Assembly: GCF_000281045.1 (NCBI RefSeq)
Contig: NW_008246143.1
Span: forward strand, 71,632-135,631
DNA from: Saprolegnia diclina VS20
Lineage: Eukaryota
Reading direction: 5' to 3'
Length of the DNA: 64,000 nt
Shown: positions 35,652 to 47,923 of the stretch, piece after piece
How the letters are laid out: the number at the start of each line of letters is the position of its first letter
Position numbering within the stretch: the stretch's first letter is position 1
The notes under the pieces: generated by a model
Databases searched by the model: none
What the model was told of the DNA's origin: nothing
The model's input: only the letters and a program-made list of their open reading frames with translations
Program-made: the position numbers and the translations under genes

Positions 35652-37571
35652 ATGTCCAAGAAGTTCTTCCCGCTGTCGCCCGGCTTCTTCAAGTGCCCGC
35701 CCTTGAGCCGGCAGGAGGGCGAGCACCTCATCGCGCTCGGGAAGCAGTCCAGCCTCGACTTTATCAAGCACGCCAACCTCGAGGCCAACAAGGACGTGGT
35801 CTGGAACGAGTTTGGCAAGAAGCAGAACGTCATGCTCTATCGTGGCGTCAACACCAAGCCGCAGGCAACACACTTTGTCATGCTCTGCGCCGTCGCCGAA
35901 GTCGCCGGCTCGCTCGAAGAGGTGGCGGCCATGCACGCGTACAACACACCGGAGAAGCTGCGCAAGTACGTCAATGACTCGGAGGACCTCGTGGACATGG
36001 TCACGCTCTACGACCTGACGCCGCCACACGACACATCGTCCAGCGCACCGCGCCGCCTCCTACCACCGTCCTCATCGCTCAAGGTCTCGGTGCAGTGGGC
36101 CGGCATGAAGGTGCCCGCGGCCGCGTCCGCGTTTGTTTTCAACCGCGACTTTTGCTACATTGAGACGCAGGACTTTTTCGTTGATGCCAAAGGCCGGCGC
36201 GGCTGGGCGCTCTCCCAGAACTCGATGGACCTTGCGTGCTGCCCGCAGTTGCCGTCGGTGTTTGGCTCGATCCGCGGCTCGCTCGAGCGGTCGGGGTACA
36301 CCTTTGTCGAGTCGGAAAACCACGGTAAGCGAGTCCCTCTCTCTCTGCGACTGAGTGTGGCGTAGGCTACCTCAAGGCAACGCAAATGTTCCAGGTCGAC
36401 TTTCGCGGCAAGATCCCGATCTGGGTCCAGAACCTTATTCTGAAGGGCCGGCTCAACACGATGATCCACTTCAACACGCGCGTGCACGAGTACCGCCTCA
36501 AGTCGGTCGAGCTCCTCACCGAGTTTGACGTGCGGCGCACCAACACGGCCGCGCGCACCAACTGCTACGTCTGCCGCAAAAAGTTTCGGTTCCTGAATCG
36601 CAAGTTCCAGTGCCGCAAGTGCGGCGAGGTCGTCTGCTCGAGCTGCCAGCACACGTGGAACATTGACATTCCGCACAGCGACCGGAAGCGCAAGGTGACC
36701 ATCTGCTCCATGTGCACGGCGTCGGTCCGTAACGGCAACTTGAGCTCGCTCCACCTCTCGAACGAATCCTTCAATGGCCCTGGTATGTATCGTGGACCCT
36801 ACCCCTTGAACTAACAACCCACTAGTGTCGGGGTCGCTCTCGGTGCCGTCGCTTTCGCGCGCGTACTCGTACGACGAGTTTATGCACGTGCCGATGAAAG
36901 GGTCGTTTGCGCTCCGGAAGAAGTCGCACTCCAACTCGGTGGACCTCGACGTGAGCGGGTACAGCGAGGTTGACGACCCGGGCTACGAGGCGCCGTGCGT
37001 GCCCGTGGACCTCGACTCGCTCCTTGGCGAGTCGCCGCCGATCGATGCGCGCTGGGGCGAGGGCGAAGTCGCCCTCGAAGAAGAGTGCCACGAGTACAAG
37101 CCCAACTTGTTTCGAAAGGGCTTTTGTATGAACTGCCAGAAGCAGCACGAGGTCACGGACGAAGGGGACATCTCGCTCACGCGCCGCTTCACGCGCATTC
37201 ACGTGCAGCCCGGCAAGACGGCGGCGAGCGCCGAGTTCAACCCACTGGCGCTGCCCGAGAACAGCGCGCTCTCGATGGAGCTGCGGCGATCGCGCTGCGA
37301 CTCGAGCGACTCGACGATTAGCTTGCCGCGGTCGCGCCTCGGGTCGCTCGACATTGATGACGAGACCAACAACGCGAGCATGTTCAAGCGCAAGGGCATG
37401 CGCGTCCTTATGAACCAGATGAGCGACCTCATGGAGGAGTACGGAGCGGACGACCCAGCGGCGTTGGACGCGAGCGCGCTCGAAGCCAAGCTTGCGTCGC
37501 TGCAAGCGCAACTCGAGAGCCTCCAGCTCGACCAAGCAAGACTCAAGAAGAGCACCGTGGTCCGCGTCTAA
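35652..37571 (+). CDS. START-like + FYVE-like protein (paralog 1) with an extra C-terminal Cys/His motif and coiled coil
   Basis: FFPL...FF.CP.LS; VAGSLEEVA; RDFCYIE; GRRGWA; DFRGKIP; CYVCRKKF...QCRKCGEVVCSSC...ICSMC. Introns at about 36325-36365 and 36783-36825. Confidence 0.85.
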
Positions 37572-38177
37572 GCCGCGCTTATTTATGCGACAACACACAG
37601 AATCTAGCCAGTCCCACGACTACATACACCACCAAGATGATATGTTATCCCTCTGCGTTGGTCCTGCAGCGGCATGTAGAGGAGTGCGGCTTTGGCGCTT
37701 GAATGACTCTGGGCGCGTCACTGGCACCACTGCAGTCGAAAGGACAATCCTCCCGGCGCTGGATGGTGTGGTGGCGACATGACGAGATGCTACTTGCGCC
37801 ACACGAAACGACGTCAGCGCCGCTGCCACGTCACAGAACTTCCCATCGCGAAACGGAACGCTCGCCAGTTGTGCTCCGATGGCAACTAACGGCCAATGCG
37901 CGAGGCCTCGACGGACGGCCGCCACGTCGATCCTGTGTACACGGCGACTCGGGAAAGCACGTCGTAGTAGTAGGGCTATCAGTGGACAAGGTCAGACGCC
38001 GCGATAAGGTTGCTGGTCGACGAGGTGTTTGTCGCTGGCGTAACCCCGACAGTCCAATTTATATCGAAGCGAATGGCCATCTCGCCGCCCACTATCACCG
38101 GGAGGAACCGGAGATCGGTTCAGCTGCGCCGACAAGCTACTGCGGCTCGGGTCGGTCAGATTACTTTTTACTCGACG

Positions 38178-39478
38178 ATGAGCCGCGCCTCGTGCTTGGT
38201 GCCGCCGACAACACCCCGCGCCCCGAGCGACGCGCTCGTGCTCCAGGCCAAGCACGCGCTGCGACTGTACGTCGACGACGCGCAGGTGCAAGGCCGCGCC
38301 CGCCGCGTCACGTGGAAGCTCGACAAGATCTCGGAAAATGGCAAGATCCAGTACTACACGGGCCAAGCGATCGACGGCAGCGTTGTCGTTGCCAGCGCGA
38401 CGCAGCTGCACGCGACGCTCGAGGAGGCCGCCCAACTCTGCGCGCAGCTGCAGCCATTCCAGGTCGTCGACGCGACCGAGTCGACACGGCTCTTTGAAGC
38501 GCACACGCCAGACCAGCCGCCGCACCGGTACGTCGGCGTCCAGTGGATGGCGTTCGCCGTCCCCGGCGTCGGGAAGGGCCGCGACGCGTGCGTCCTCGAG
38601 GTGCATTGCTGTTGTCATTTCCAGGCTGAAATTGGCGTTTTACCTAGTGCCGGGATACGGTCGTCAACGAGCGCGGCGAGCCCGTGTACGCGTACCTCCT
38701 CGAGTCGATCGAGACGCCAGTGTGCGCGTCGCTCGAGGCGACCCACGGCTTTGTGCGGGCGACGCTGCGCATGACAGGGTATGTCTTCACGCAAGTGCGG
38801 CCCGGCCTCCTCCTCGCCGTGCACACGATGCACGTGCACTTCAAGGGCAACCTCCCGAAAGTGCTCGGGCGGCTCTTTGGGAAGCGGCGCGTCGCGAGCC
38901 TCGAGCACCTCGAGCAGGCGCTGTGGCAGCTGCGCAACGCCGATACCTTTCTCTTCACGGACCAGCACCGCAAGCGCGCGTGCCCGATTTGCTTCAAACC
39001 GTGGAAGCGCCTCCAGACCAAGAAAAAGTGCGGCGCGTGCAGCGCCCGCGTCTGCGCCGCCTGCTGCACGACGGGCCTCGTCCCCGGGTTGCACAAGGTC
39101 GTGCCGTTCTGCCTCGCGTGCGCGTTTGCGGCGCCATCGACGCTCTCGTCGACGTCGCTTTTGACGGCGACCGCGTCCTTTGCGTCCGACTCGACCGCGA
39201 GCTCGATCCGCATGCTGCGGGCGTGGAGTCTCAACGACGACGACGACGGGCCAGACGGCTACAGCACGGCGGCGTCGTCCGTGCGGTCGTCCCGACTGAC
39301 ACGGGAGACCCTCCACGCCCTCGCGCCACCCGCAAGCACTCGCCGCAGCATCGCAACCGACATCTCGCGCAACAGCGAAATCTGGACCGACGCGATCTCG
39401 GTCTTCCGGGACCACGTCGATAGCTTCAAGGCGTACCACGCACCAAGCACGACGCCCGTGCAGTGGCGCCTCGGGTAG
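38178..39478 (+). CDS. START-like + FYVE-like protein (paralog 2, more divergent)
   Basis: ATLEEAA; YVGVQW; RDACVLE; CASLE..HGFVRA..TGYVF; FKGNLP; CPICFKPW...KCGACSARVCAAC...FCLAC. Intron at about 38600-38648. Confidence 0.8.
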
Positions 39479-39964
39479 CTGCGCATGGTTGCTATTGTCG
39501 TCGTTGTCCAGTGTCTCGGTGTCCAAGTCGTTTAGGGGTAGGGTGCTGCCATAAGAAATGATTTTCGTGTTTCGAGAAAGAATCTTCATCGCGCAAGACG
39601 ACGGCTCCAGCTACTCGGTATGATGCGTCGACGACTGGTTCTTCTTCAGGAGAAGCCGTGCCAACTGCGCTGTCGTTGTTTGACCTGGTCGTACCCGGTG
39701 TCTATGCACATCCTGCATCTCGTCGTGGCCACCCGTACCTGCTCAGTCGCGCTGCTTCCACCATGGCCCATCGAAGCTACTCGGCGACCTGATCCGATCA
39801 TTTCCATTCGCTTCGATAGATCTCGTCGAATGCTGCGTGACGATGGGCTGCCACACTTCTGGTCAGCGCGTCCTGGCGGCGCGGTTGGGTGAATTTAGCC
39901 GCGTGGTTGAAGTTCCGACACCACAGTGGTCTTTCCAACGGCTAAGAGTAGCATTGAGAGCAGC

Positions 39965-40990
39965 ATGCACTGCTTTGCCGTCGTCGTCGTCCGTCACCCG
40001 CGCACAAAGCGCTGGCTCGCGGTGCAGGAGACGTCCAAACACAATCGCCTCTGGTGGCTGCCAGCTGGCCGCGTCGAGACTGGCGAAACCTTTCCGGCTG
40101 CTGCCGTCCGCGAGACGCGGGAGGAGGCTGGCATCGACATTCGACTCATTGGCATCCTGCGCGTCGAGCACACGCCGCTTGGACCACAAAGCGACCGCAT
40201 GCGCATCGTATTTTACGCCGAGCCGATGGATGCGGACGCGCCGCTCAAGACGACGGCGGACGACGAGTCGCTCGGGGCGGTGTGGACGACCGTGTCCGAG
40301 CTCGAGGCGTGGAACGCTGCGGGTCAGCTTCGCGGCAAGGAGCTTCTGAACTGGGCCCTGTACCTCGAGCAAGGGGGCGAGGTCGCACCACTCGCTACGC
40401 TTGGCGCCGAGTCGAGCGGGCCAGAGCCACATGATACCCTGCACATGGAGTTTCGCGTCTTTTTCCAGCCGTCCAAGCCGAATTATCGGTACACGACGAT
40501 TCCGCTCGCGCCGGTCGAAGCGCGAACGGACGTCTACATCGTCCACAGCGCAGGCGTCGGGATCAAGCATCGCGGCGGAAATCGCTTGGAGATCAAGGTG
40601 CGCACAGTGGACGCTGGCGACGGCTGGGAAGCGTGGACAAAACATCGGTGCGACGACGCCGACGTGAACGCAGCACTGGCGCGGCTCGACTTGGCGTCAC
40701 TGCCCGCGCACCCCAGAGACGTCCGCGTTCAGAAGCGCCGTGTCGCAACGGTCATTGGCGGTTTGTACCTCCTGGAAGAGTCGGACGTCGTCGTGAGCAT
40801 CGACGGCGACCACGCATTGTGGAAGACGATCTGCATCGAGGGCACGCGCCGTGAATGCGAAAGCGCCGCCGAGGCCCTCGTCCACGTCTCGCTCCGGCAC
40901 GAACTCGTCTTTCGAGGCGGGTACCCGGCCTTTGTGCGCGACGTCGTCCAGCGACGCGCCACGTCACAGCCCGGATGCGTCGACAACTAG
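39965..40990 (+). CDS. Nudix hydrolase (NUDT18-like) fused to a C-terminal CYTH/TTM-like domain
   Basis: Intact Nudix box WWLPAGRVETGETFPAAAVRETREEAG. The C-terminal half has EFRVFF, RTDVY, GIKHRG..LEIKVR, E.W.K, V.K.R, W.TICIE and GYPAF. Confidence 0.8.
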   Translation: MHCFAVVVVRHPRTKRWLAVQETSKHNRLWWLPAGRVETGETFPAAAVRETREEAGIDIRLIGILRVEHTPLGPQSDRMRIVFYAEPMDADAPLKTTADDESLGAVWTTVSELEAWNAAGQLRGKELLNWALYLEQGGEVAPLATLGAESSGPEPHDTLHMEFRVFFQPSKPNYRYTTIPLAPVEARTDVYIVHSAGVGIKHRGGNRLEIKVRTVDAGDGWEAWTKHRCDDADVNAALARLDLASLPAHPRDVRVQKRRVATVIGGLYLLEESDVVVSIDGDHALWKTICIEGTRRECESAAEALVHVSLRHELVFRGGYPAFVRDVVQRRATSQPGCVDN

Positions 40991-41426
40991 CAACGTTTGA
41001 AAAAAGAAGGTGGGCCTCAACGAATTATTGGCATCCTGCGACCAGGAAAAGGTGCCGAGGGGCAGCCAGCTGCACGCCCTCGCTTGGGTGCAAGCTCGCG
41101 CTGTGGCGTATCCGAATACAGAGGTTTTGCGTGGGCGTTTGATACAGGCTGAAAGACTTGATGCATCCATTGTCAGAGGTCATGCAATGTGGGAGGGCGG
41201 TGAGGTGGCTACTCTCACTGGGGCGCGTCCCTTCCTGGCGTGTGACGCCGCCGATGACGTATGCTGCCCGGTCGACGACAGCCGTGGTTGCTGGCAGTAA
41301 ACGGCTGTCACGTCGCCTTCGATTCGAAGACAGAATCTTTTGCGTGTCAACATCGAGTGTTGATTAAACAATTCGCGCGGCCTTTCCAGCACCCAATCGG
41401 GCATTTGCGATCTCACCACCCGAGCA

Positions 41427-42422
41427 ATGCAGCAGCGCGTCCTCACGAGCCGCGACCTCATGGCCACGATCTTTGCGTACCAAGCGGGCTACGACGGCTT
41501 GTGCCAGACGCTGCCAGCCAAGTGGATGACGTCCGCTGCGAGCATTGAAGCCGCGCTGAGCACGACCACGGGCAGCGGCATCCGCGACTTTCTCGGCTTC
41601 ATCGACACATCCGTCCACGCCGTCATGCGTGCATGGCACGCCCGACATGGCCCGCGCGGCCTCCTACGACTCGCCGCCTGCCGCCACCCGATCGTGCCCA
41701 TTCTGCTCGACGAAGCGCTCGCGACGGGTCACTACGACCGGTGGCTGTTGCTCGTGACCGCGCAGCCAACGTTCCTTCCGATTTCGCATGTCACGTGGCA
41801 CGACGCCGGCTTTGCCAGTACGTGGCGGCGCTCGACGCTCGACGTGGCGGTCGTTCGCGGGTCGCTGCCGTTTGTGCGCTTCTTGCACTTGCACGGCGTC
41901 GTCGGTTCGTGGTGGGTCCTCGACTGGGCCGCCGAGCACGGCCAGCTCGACATCCTGCGCTACTTGCACGCGACCGGTCGGTACTTTTGCACGCCGCGCG
42001 CCATGGACCTTGCCGCGCACAATGGTCACTTGGAGGTCGTCAAGTTCCTCCACTACTTTCGCCGCGAGGGTGGCAGCACGTGGGCGATCGACTGGGCTGC
42101 GAAGAACGGCCACCTCGACATTGTCGAGTTTCTACATCGGAAGCGCGATGAAGGCTGCACGGTCGACGCGCTCACGGGCGCTGCGGCCGGCGGCCACCTC
42201 GCTGTCGTCCAGTTCCTCTTTGCGTACCGCCACGAAGGCGACGTCACCGCAGCGCTCGAAGCCGCGGCCAGTCACGGCCACCTCCACGTTGTGCAGTTTC
42301 TCTGCGACTGCGTCGGCGGCGCACCGCGCTCTGTGCGGCAGCAAGCCCGCGCCCACCACCAATGGGCGGTCCTAACTTATCTCGGCCACCAGCGCGAAGT
42401 GCGTGACTGCTCGTATGCGTAA
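41427..42422 (+). CDS. Ankyrin-repeat protein (Saprolegniales-type expanded family)
   Basis: N-terminal VLTSRDL...IFAYQ.G and repeated AMD.AA.NGHLEVV.FLH..R.EG motifs. Confidence 0.9.
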   Translation: MQQRVLTSRDLMATIFAYQAGYDGLCQTLPAKWMTSAASIEAALSTTTGSGIRDFLGFIDTSVHAVMRAWHARHGPRGLLRLAACRHPIVPILLDEALATGHYDRWLLLVTAQPTFLPISHVTWHDAGFASTWRRSTLDVAVVRGSLPFVRFLHLHGVVGSWWVLDWAAEHGQLDILRYLHATGRYFCTPRAMDLAAHNGHLEVVKFLHYFRREGGSTWAIDWAAKNGHLDIVEFLHRKRDEGCTVDALTGAAAGGHLAVVQFLFAYRHEGDVTAALEAAASHGHLHVVQFLCDCVGGAPRSVRQQARAHHQWAVLTYLGHQREVRDCSYA

Positions 42423-42854
42423 TCTATTGTATTGATACACACCGTGTTTATGCAGCAGCGCGCGCGACGCCGTGTTGAGGTCAACACGCACGGTCGGCTA
42501 CAAGACACGCGCCAGTGGAGCCCAAGTGTCTCGGTCGCGTCAACGGTGTCGCGGGCTCGCGGAAGCGCCTGCCTCCTTCCTGCCAGCGGTCACGTCGGCG
42601 CGGGCTTCAACGACCGACCTCTCCTTCGTTCAAACAGCTGCAAGGACTTCTTGAGCTAATACCTTAAAACCTGACTGCTCTGTCAATGTCACTGTTTGGC
42701 TCTACGACGGCCAGCTACGATGGCCTGGCACAGGGTGGGGACTCCTACCAAGGCCACAACTACCTCAAATACCCTCGACCACAAACTCCCTCGACCGTAG
42801 CGAGGCCAAGATACCGCTTCAAAACATCGACAAGAGGACGTAGAACTAGCGCGG

Positions 42855-43657
42855 TTAATGCTCGGTATGGTTGTTGCACTCGTCGTCGCCGTCAAAGTGC
42901 TCGTGGTATTCGTTGATCCACTGCCGCGTCCGCACGGTGTGGTGCATCGCCTTCTCTTGGTGCCACGGGCCCGAGAAGCCATGGCCGTACAGCCAGCCTT
43001 CGTCTGTCCCTGCCATCGGGTAGAACGTCCACGCGCCCTTCGTCTTGTACCCCGCGGGGACCTCGGGGACCGCGGCCTTGAAGTCCTGCCCGCCCTTCTC
43101 ACCGCCCGCAAACCATGCAGGACGGTCGCTCTCGGTCAAATGGTCTTTCGACCATTCGCGGTGCGTCCGCGACCAGCGCTCGTTCTCCCAGACGTTGACT
43201 GTGTACGTCGTCGACGGCGCGCCAATCGAAATGTCAAGCGCGATCAATCCCTACGAGCAAATGTGTCAACGGCGCCGTTGGGTTGTACATGGCGACGAAC
43301 CGGCGCAGACTTGGCAAACTCGAGCGCGGGCGTGAGCTCATACACGTGCGCTCCGAGGTTTGCGGGGTCGGCCAAGCTGATTTCCGTCGTGCCGAGGAGG
43401 TCGTCGGGTGTGACCGAGTCAAAGTCCCAGACCTCCACGCGCAAGACGGGCTCGGCCGCGACCTCGGAGAGCGTGAGCGCAATCTCGCACTCGAGGTTGC
43501 TCCACTGCGGGTTGAGCGTTTTCATGCACACAGGGCTCTGCCAGCGGTGGGCACCGATCGAGAGTACGACGTAAGGGTCGCTGGACCCGCCAAACATAGC
43601 GAGGTCGCCGACGGGCAGGTTCTTGGCTTCTTCGAGGATGATGCGCACAGTGCGCAT
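42855..43657 (-). CDS. C2 domain + DysF/peroxin-like domain protein (2 exons)
   Basis: EAKNLP.GD...SSDPYV; KTLNPQW; VEVWDFD..TPDDLLG (Ca-binding C2); VWENERW..W...DRPAW...GWLYG..F...VRTRQW (DysF). Confidence 0.85.
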
Positions 43658-44212
43658 GGGCTCTAGCGTCGGCCAGCTTCAGCGCGGCCTTCAGAGGAAG
43701 CGTACCATGAGGGAGGTGCTCAAGGTGCTTGCGCGACTTGAACATGCTGGTAGAGTCGAGACTGCTGCTGCTCGCGGCTCGCCAAAGATTTTTGTGAGCA
43801 GGCCCTGTCGAAATTGTACGTATCCGGATGGGTATTTCCTTCAAAGCAAAACTGTCACTCACTATATTGGTAGAGTGGGGACGCAGACTGGAATACTATA
43901 CAATCATGGATGGATAAATTCCCTAATATGCAGGCTTGGAGTGTTGTATGCATAGAATAGTACCAGCTCTGCCACGTACCCACCTTGCGGCAGTCTCAGT
44001 CCGCTGGCGACCGATGACCGCGTGTGGCGTGGCTGACGCACGACACGAGCTTATTCACACTGCCCAGTGGCGTGCCTCTGGAAAGAGCTCGCTGCATACG
44101 TACAGGCTGGCACTCGGCTCTCCCGACGACGGTGGCACGGTTTCAGGCGAGGTGATGGAGGATCGACAGTGGCCGTTGCAAGATACTCTTTTGCAGCCGC
44201 GACACGACCGAG

Positions 44213-45025
44213 ATGCTGACCGTCGTCACGAGCAGCGACCTGCTGCGCACGATCTGCGCGTACCAAGTCGGCGTGTACGACATCTGCCGCGAGCCATGGG
44301 TCGCCAAGCAGTGGGCACGAACCAAGGCTGCGGACCTCGGCGCGTCCTCGTCGTTCCACCGCGACTCGTGGGGCATCTCGGCCTTTGAGTATGACCTCTT
44401 TCACTTTCAGGTGCACTTTGGCCCGTGGTACGCCTGCCACGGCGTTGACGGCGCCAAACGACTTGTGGCGTGCAAGCCAGCGCTGCTATCGTGGGTGCTC
44501 GATCACAGCGTGCGGCACGGTGACGCTAACCTCTTGGCTGCGCTTCCAGCGAACACGTACACCACACCCACGATGATCAACGTTGCGGCCTACTACGGGC
44601 ACTTGCGCGTTCTGCAGCTGCTCATGGGCAACCAAGCGCCAGGCTTCTCAAGCGCCGCAGTCCACGCCGCCGCGTATCGAGGCCACATGCACGTCGTCCA
44701 GTGGCTCGTCGCCCGCGGCGTGCGGTACGCCGAGACGTACACTTGCCTCCTTGGCGGCACGTTCACCGTGGATGCGATGGGGTTTGCTGCCGAGGCCGGC
44801 CACCTCGACGTCGTCATGTACCTCTTTGGCGTCCAGACTCTGCGCAATGTATCGCTGGCGATCAACAAGGCCGCGGTGCAGGGGCATGTCCACGTGTTCG
44901 ACTTTCTGTACCGAGCGACGCGGCACGTGTGCTCGACCAACGCTCTCGAGTTTGCCCAGCGCCGAGGCCACACGGAGCTGCTCGCGTATTTAGCCGCCCA
45001 CCACATCGAGGCGCGCGACCAGTAG
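44213..45025 (+). CDS. Ankyrin-repeat protein (same family as 41427-42422)
   Basis: VVTSSDLL..ICAYQ.G, with AAYYGHL, AAYRGHM, AAEAGHL and AAVQGH repeats. Confidence 0.88.
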   Translation: MLTVVTSSDLLRTICAYQVGVYDICREPWVAKQWARTKAADLGASSSFHRDSWGISAFEYDLFHFQVHFGPWYACHGVDGAKRLVACKPALLSWVLDHSVRHGDANLLAALPANTYTTPTMINVAAYYGHLRVLQLLMGNQAPGFSSAAVHAAAYRGHMHVVQWLVARGVRYAETYTCLLGGTFTVDAMGFAAEAGHLDVVMYLFGVQTLRNVSLAINKAAVQGHVHVFDFLYRATRHVCSTNALEFAQRRGHTELLAYLAAHHIEARDQ

Positions 45026-45851
45026 TAGGAGGCTCCTGATCGCAAAGGAATCTTTTGTCTCTCGAATCTACGCCCATGCGACATGGTTGCCCAATCGACC
45101 TGTTCAACAGGCTCGTGTACAAGAGAATAGAGCCGATTGCACGCTCAACGAATGGCGCGAGCCGTGCGTGTTGGGCGCGTAGCGTGGCGTTCTCAAGGCA
45201 AGGGTCTATACGAGATGCATCTCTTATATACCCTTGCTCAAGGTAATGTACGCGCGTCGTCGCTCAACGCGTTCGGTCAACAGCGAATCGGACTCTCGTA
45301 ACCAGCTTTTCGTCTGGACCTGCGAGCCATGATGCGACGCATCTGAGACTGCAGTTGGCCTTGGCGACATTGCCTTTTCAGGCAAGCTATGTAGATCGCG
45401 AACCTGGGATGCGCGAACTTGCACGCGTTATCTGAACTTATACAACCAGCGACGTCTGTGCACGAGTACGAGGGCCGCCATGGCCGCCATTCCGCATGAA
45501 GCAAAGGTGAATATCATAGCGTCGTTTACTGCTCACAGGGACAGCTCGACGCCTACTTCAGCGCATGGACTGTCGCCCATGGTTTTGAAACTTCAACAAG
45601 AAGCCAACGCAGAGAAGGTCATGCAGCACGGTGCGAGCGAGCCGCGCGACGGGGCACGTCGTTCTTGTGGTGCGCGCTGCGTCGTGGGCGCTGCGTCTCG
45701 AACAACAGCCGAAAGGACGCCCTGCGAAGAACCCCGTGGCTGAGTGTTGGTGCATCGGACAGATTCGAATGAATTTTAGCCAATGAGGGCGCGTCGACCG
45801 TTGCCATTGCGCCGGGTGCCCATATCCTTTTTCCAACTTCAAGGGACGAGC

Positions 45852-47656
45852 ATGGCGACGACAATGTCTGGGAACAACCAGGTCGAGGAGCAAGAGAACA
45901 ACGGCGTGCGCACGCTGCGCATCGCGTTCGTCGGCAACGTCGACAGCGGCAAGTCCAGCCTTATCGGTGCGGTCTTGCGGCCTCGAACCGGTGGCGAATG
46001 CACTGTCTAGGCACGCTCATCCGCGGCGAACTCGACGATGGCCGTGGCCTCTCGCGCCAGGCCATCTTTCGCCACAAGCACGAGGTCGAGTCGGGACGCA
46101 CGAGCTCGATCGCAACGGCCTACATGGGCTTTGACGCGCGTGGCGACCAGGTGGTGGCGAAGCGGTCGGGCCGCGTCCTGCCGTGGTCTGAGCTCGCCAA
46201 GTACTCGCACAAGAAGATTCAGCTCATCGACTTGGCGGGTGCGTCTCTCAATCGTGTGCATACGAGCGTCAAATGATGGCAATCATAGGCCACGAACGCT
46301 ACTTGAAGACGACCGTGTATGGCCTCACGGGCATGCAGCCCGACCTTGTGGTCGTCGTCGTCGGCGCCAACATGGGCGTCAAGAAGATGACGCTCGAGCA
46401 CCTCGGCATCACCATCTCGGTAGACGACGACGGTATTGCGGTGTATTATGCTGATGTAGCTCGAGATCCCGCTCGTGATTGCGTTGACCAAGATCGACAT
46501 TGCGCCCAAGAACGTGGCGCGCGAGACGCTGCAGACGATCCGAAAGAGCCTGCGCCAATGTACGCTACTATGAACGAACCGTGAAACTCATACCTTGCGC
46601 AGACGGCAAGATGGGGATGCTCGTCAAGACGCTGGACGAGGCGACGAACGCAGCAAAGGGCGTGCCGTCCAACCGCCTCACACCGATCCTGCCCATGTCC
46701 AACGTCACGGGCGACGGTACTGCGTGTTCATGCTCGTATCTCTCAAGCCGCGCATTGCAGGCTTGGCCAACCTACGCCAGCTCCTCTGGGACATTGACGT
46801 CGAGGCATTAGCCCGCTCGGCGCTTTCGTTTACGATACCAGCAGCGGGCGACGACGTGGACAACGCCAAGCTCGCTGCGCAGCCCGTCGAGATGCCGATC
46901 GACGACTCGTACCAAGTCCCGGGCGCCGGGTTTGTCATTGCCGGCACGATGGTCTCGGGCGTCGTCAAGCCCAACGACGTGCTCAAGATGGGCCCCGACC
47001 ACAACGGCCACTTTATCAAGGTTGATTCCGCGGCAGAATATTTGGCAAATAATTGGACAGGTTGTCGTGCGCTCGATCGAGTCGATGTACGTACCACTGA
47101 AGGAGGTGCGCGCCGGTCAAACCACCGCCATGGCCGTGCGCTGCGTCAACAAGAAGATCGTCCTCAACCGCGCGACGTTCCGGAAGGGCATGGTGCTCGT
47201 GTCGGGCAACTGGGACATGACCCCGTACATTTCGCGCCGGTACGAGTTTGGTGTCGAATTTTTCTCAAGTTCAAACTGGTGCCAACTAGCTTTGAAGCGC
47301 AGACGATCATCTTGCACCACCAGACGACGATCACGGTCGGGTACCAGCCAATGATCAACTGCCGCACGATCCGCCAGACGGCGGCCATCACAGGCATCTC
47401 GACCGACGACGTGAGGTCGGTGATATCAACTCGATAGATTGATGTACTAGCAAAAATGTCTAGTCCGCCGTCCAACCAGGACGAGCAAGTGACGATCCGG
47501 ACAGGCGACCGCGCGAGAATTTCATTTTGCTTTGTGACGCACCCGGAGTTCCTCAAGGTCGGGATGCGCTTCGTCTTCCGCGACGGCCAAGCCAAGGGCA
47601 TCGGTCAAGTGACGCGCATTTTACCCGACGAAAAGTGCAACACGTCGGACCTCTAG
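45852..47656 (+). CDS. Translational GTPase GTPBP1/GTPBP2-like, multi-exon
   Basis: GNVDSGKS; LDDGRG..R..IFRHKHEVESGRTSS; IDLAGHERYLKTT; TKID; SNVTG; HHQTTI; RTGDRA..F.F...PEF...FR.G..KGIG. Confidence 0.93.
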
Positions 47657-47737
47657 ACGACGACTACGATAGAAGCTGCTGTGCATGGATGTCTAGACAA
47701 AATCCCAAGACAATGTACATATTGTCTGTCAAAGAAT

Positions 47738-47923
47738 CTAGAGCACGGTGCGGTGTTCGAGCGTGTCGAGCAGCGCTTCTTCCTCGTCCGTGTACATGCC
47801 CGCGAGCGGCGACGCGCGACCGAGTTCAAGGACGAGTTCGTTGATGACGCAAAGGCTCGTCTGCACGTCGAGGGTCAGCGTCTCGCCGAGCTCCGTCTGC
47901 AGTCGCTCCATCATGGGTGGCAT
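47738..47923 (-). CDS. Hypothetical 61-aa acidic protein
   Basis: Short ATG ORF with GC3-rich, host-like codon usage in an otherwise AT-richer intergenic region. Confidence 0.35.
   Translation of the reverse strand: MPPMMERLQTELGETLTLDVQTSLCVINELVLELGRASPLAGMYTDEEEALLDTLEHRTVL

Noticed and set aside
42686..42916. 76-aa + strand ORF
   Set aside because: It overlaps the end of the C2-DysF gene and has no recognisable product.
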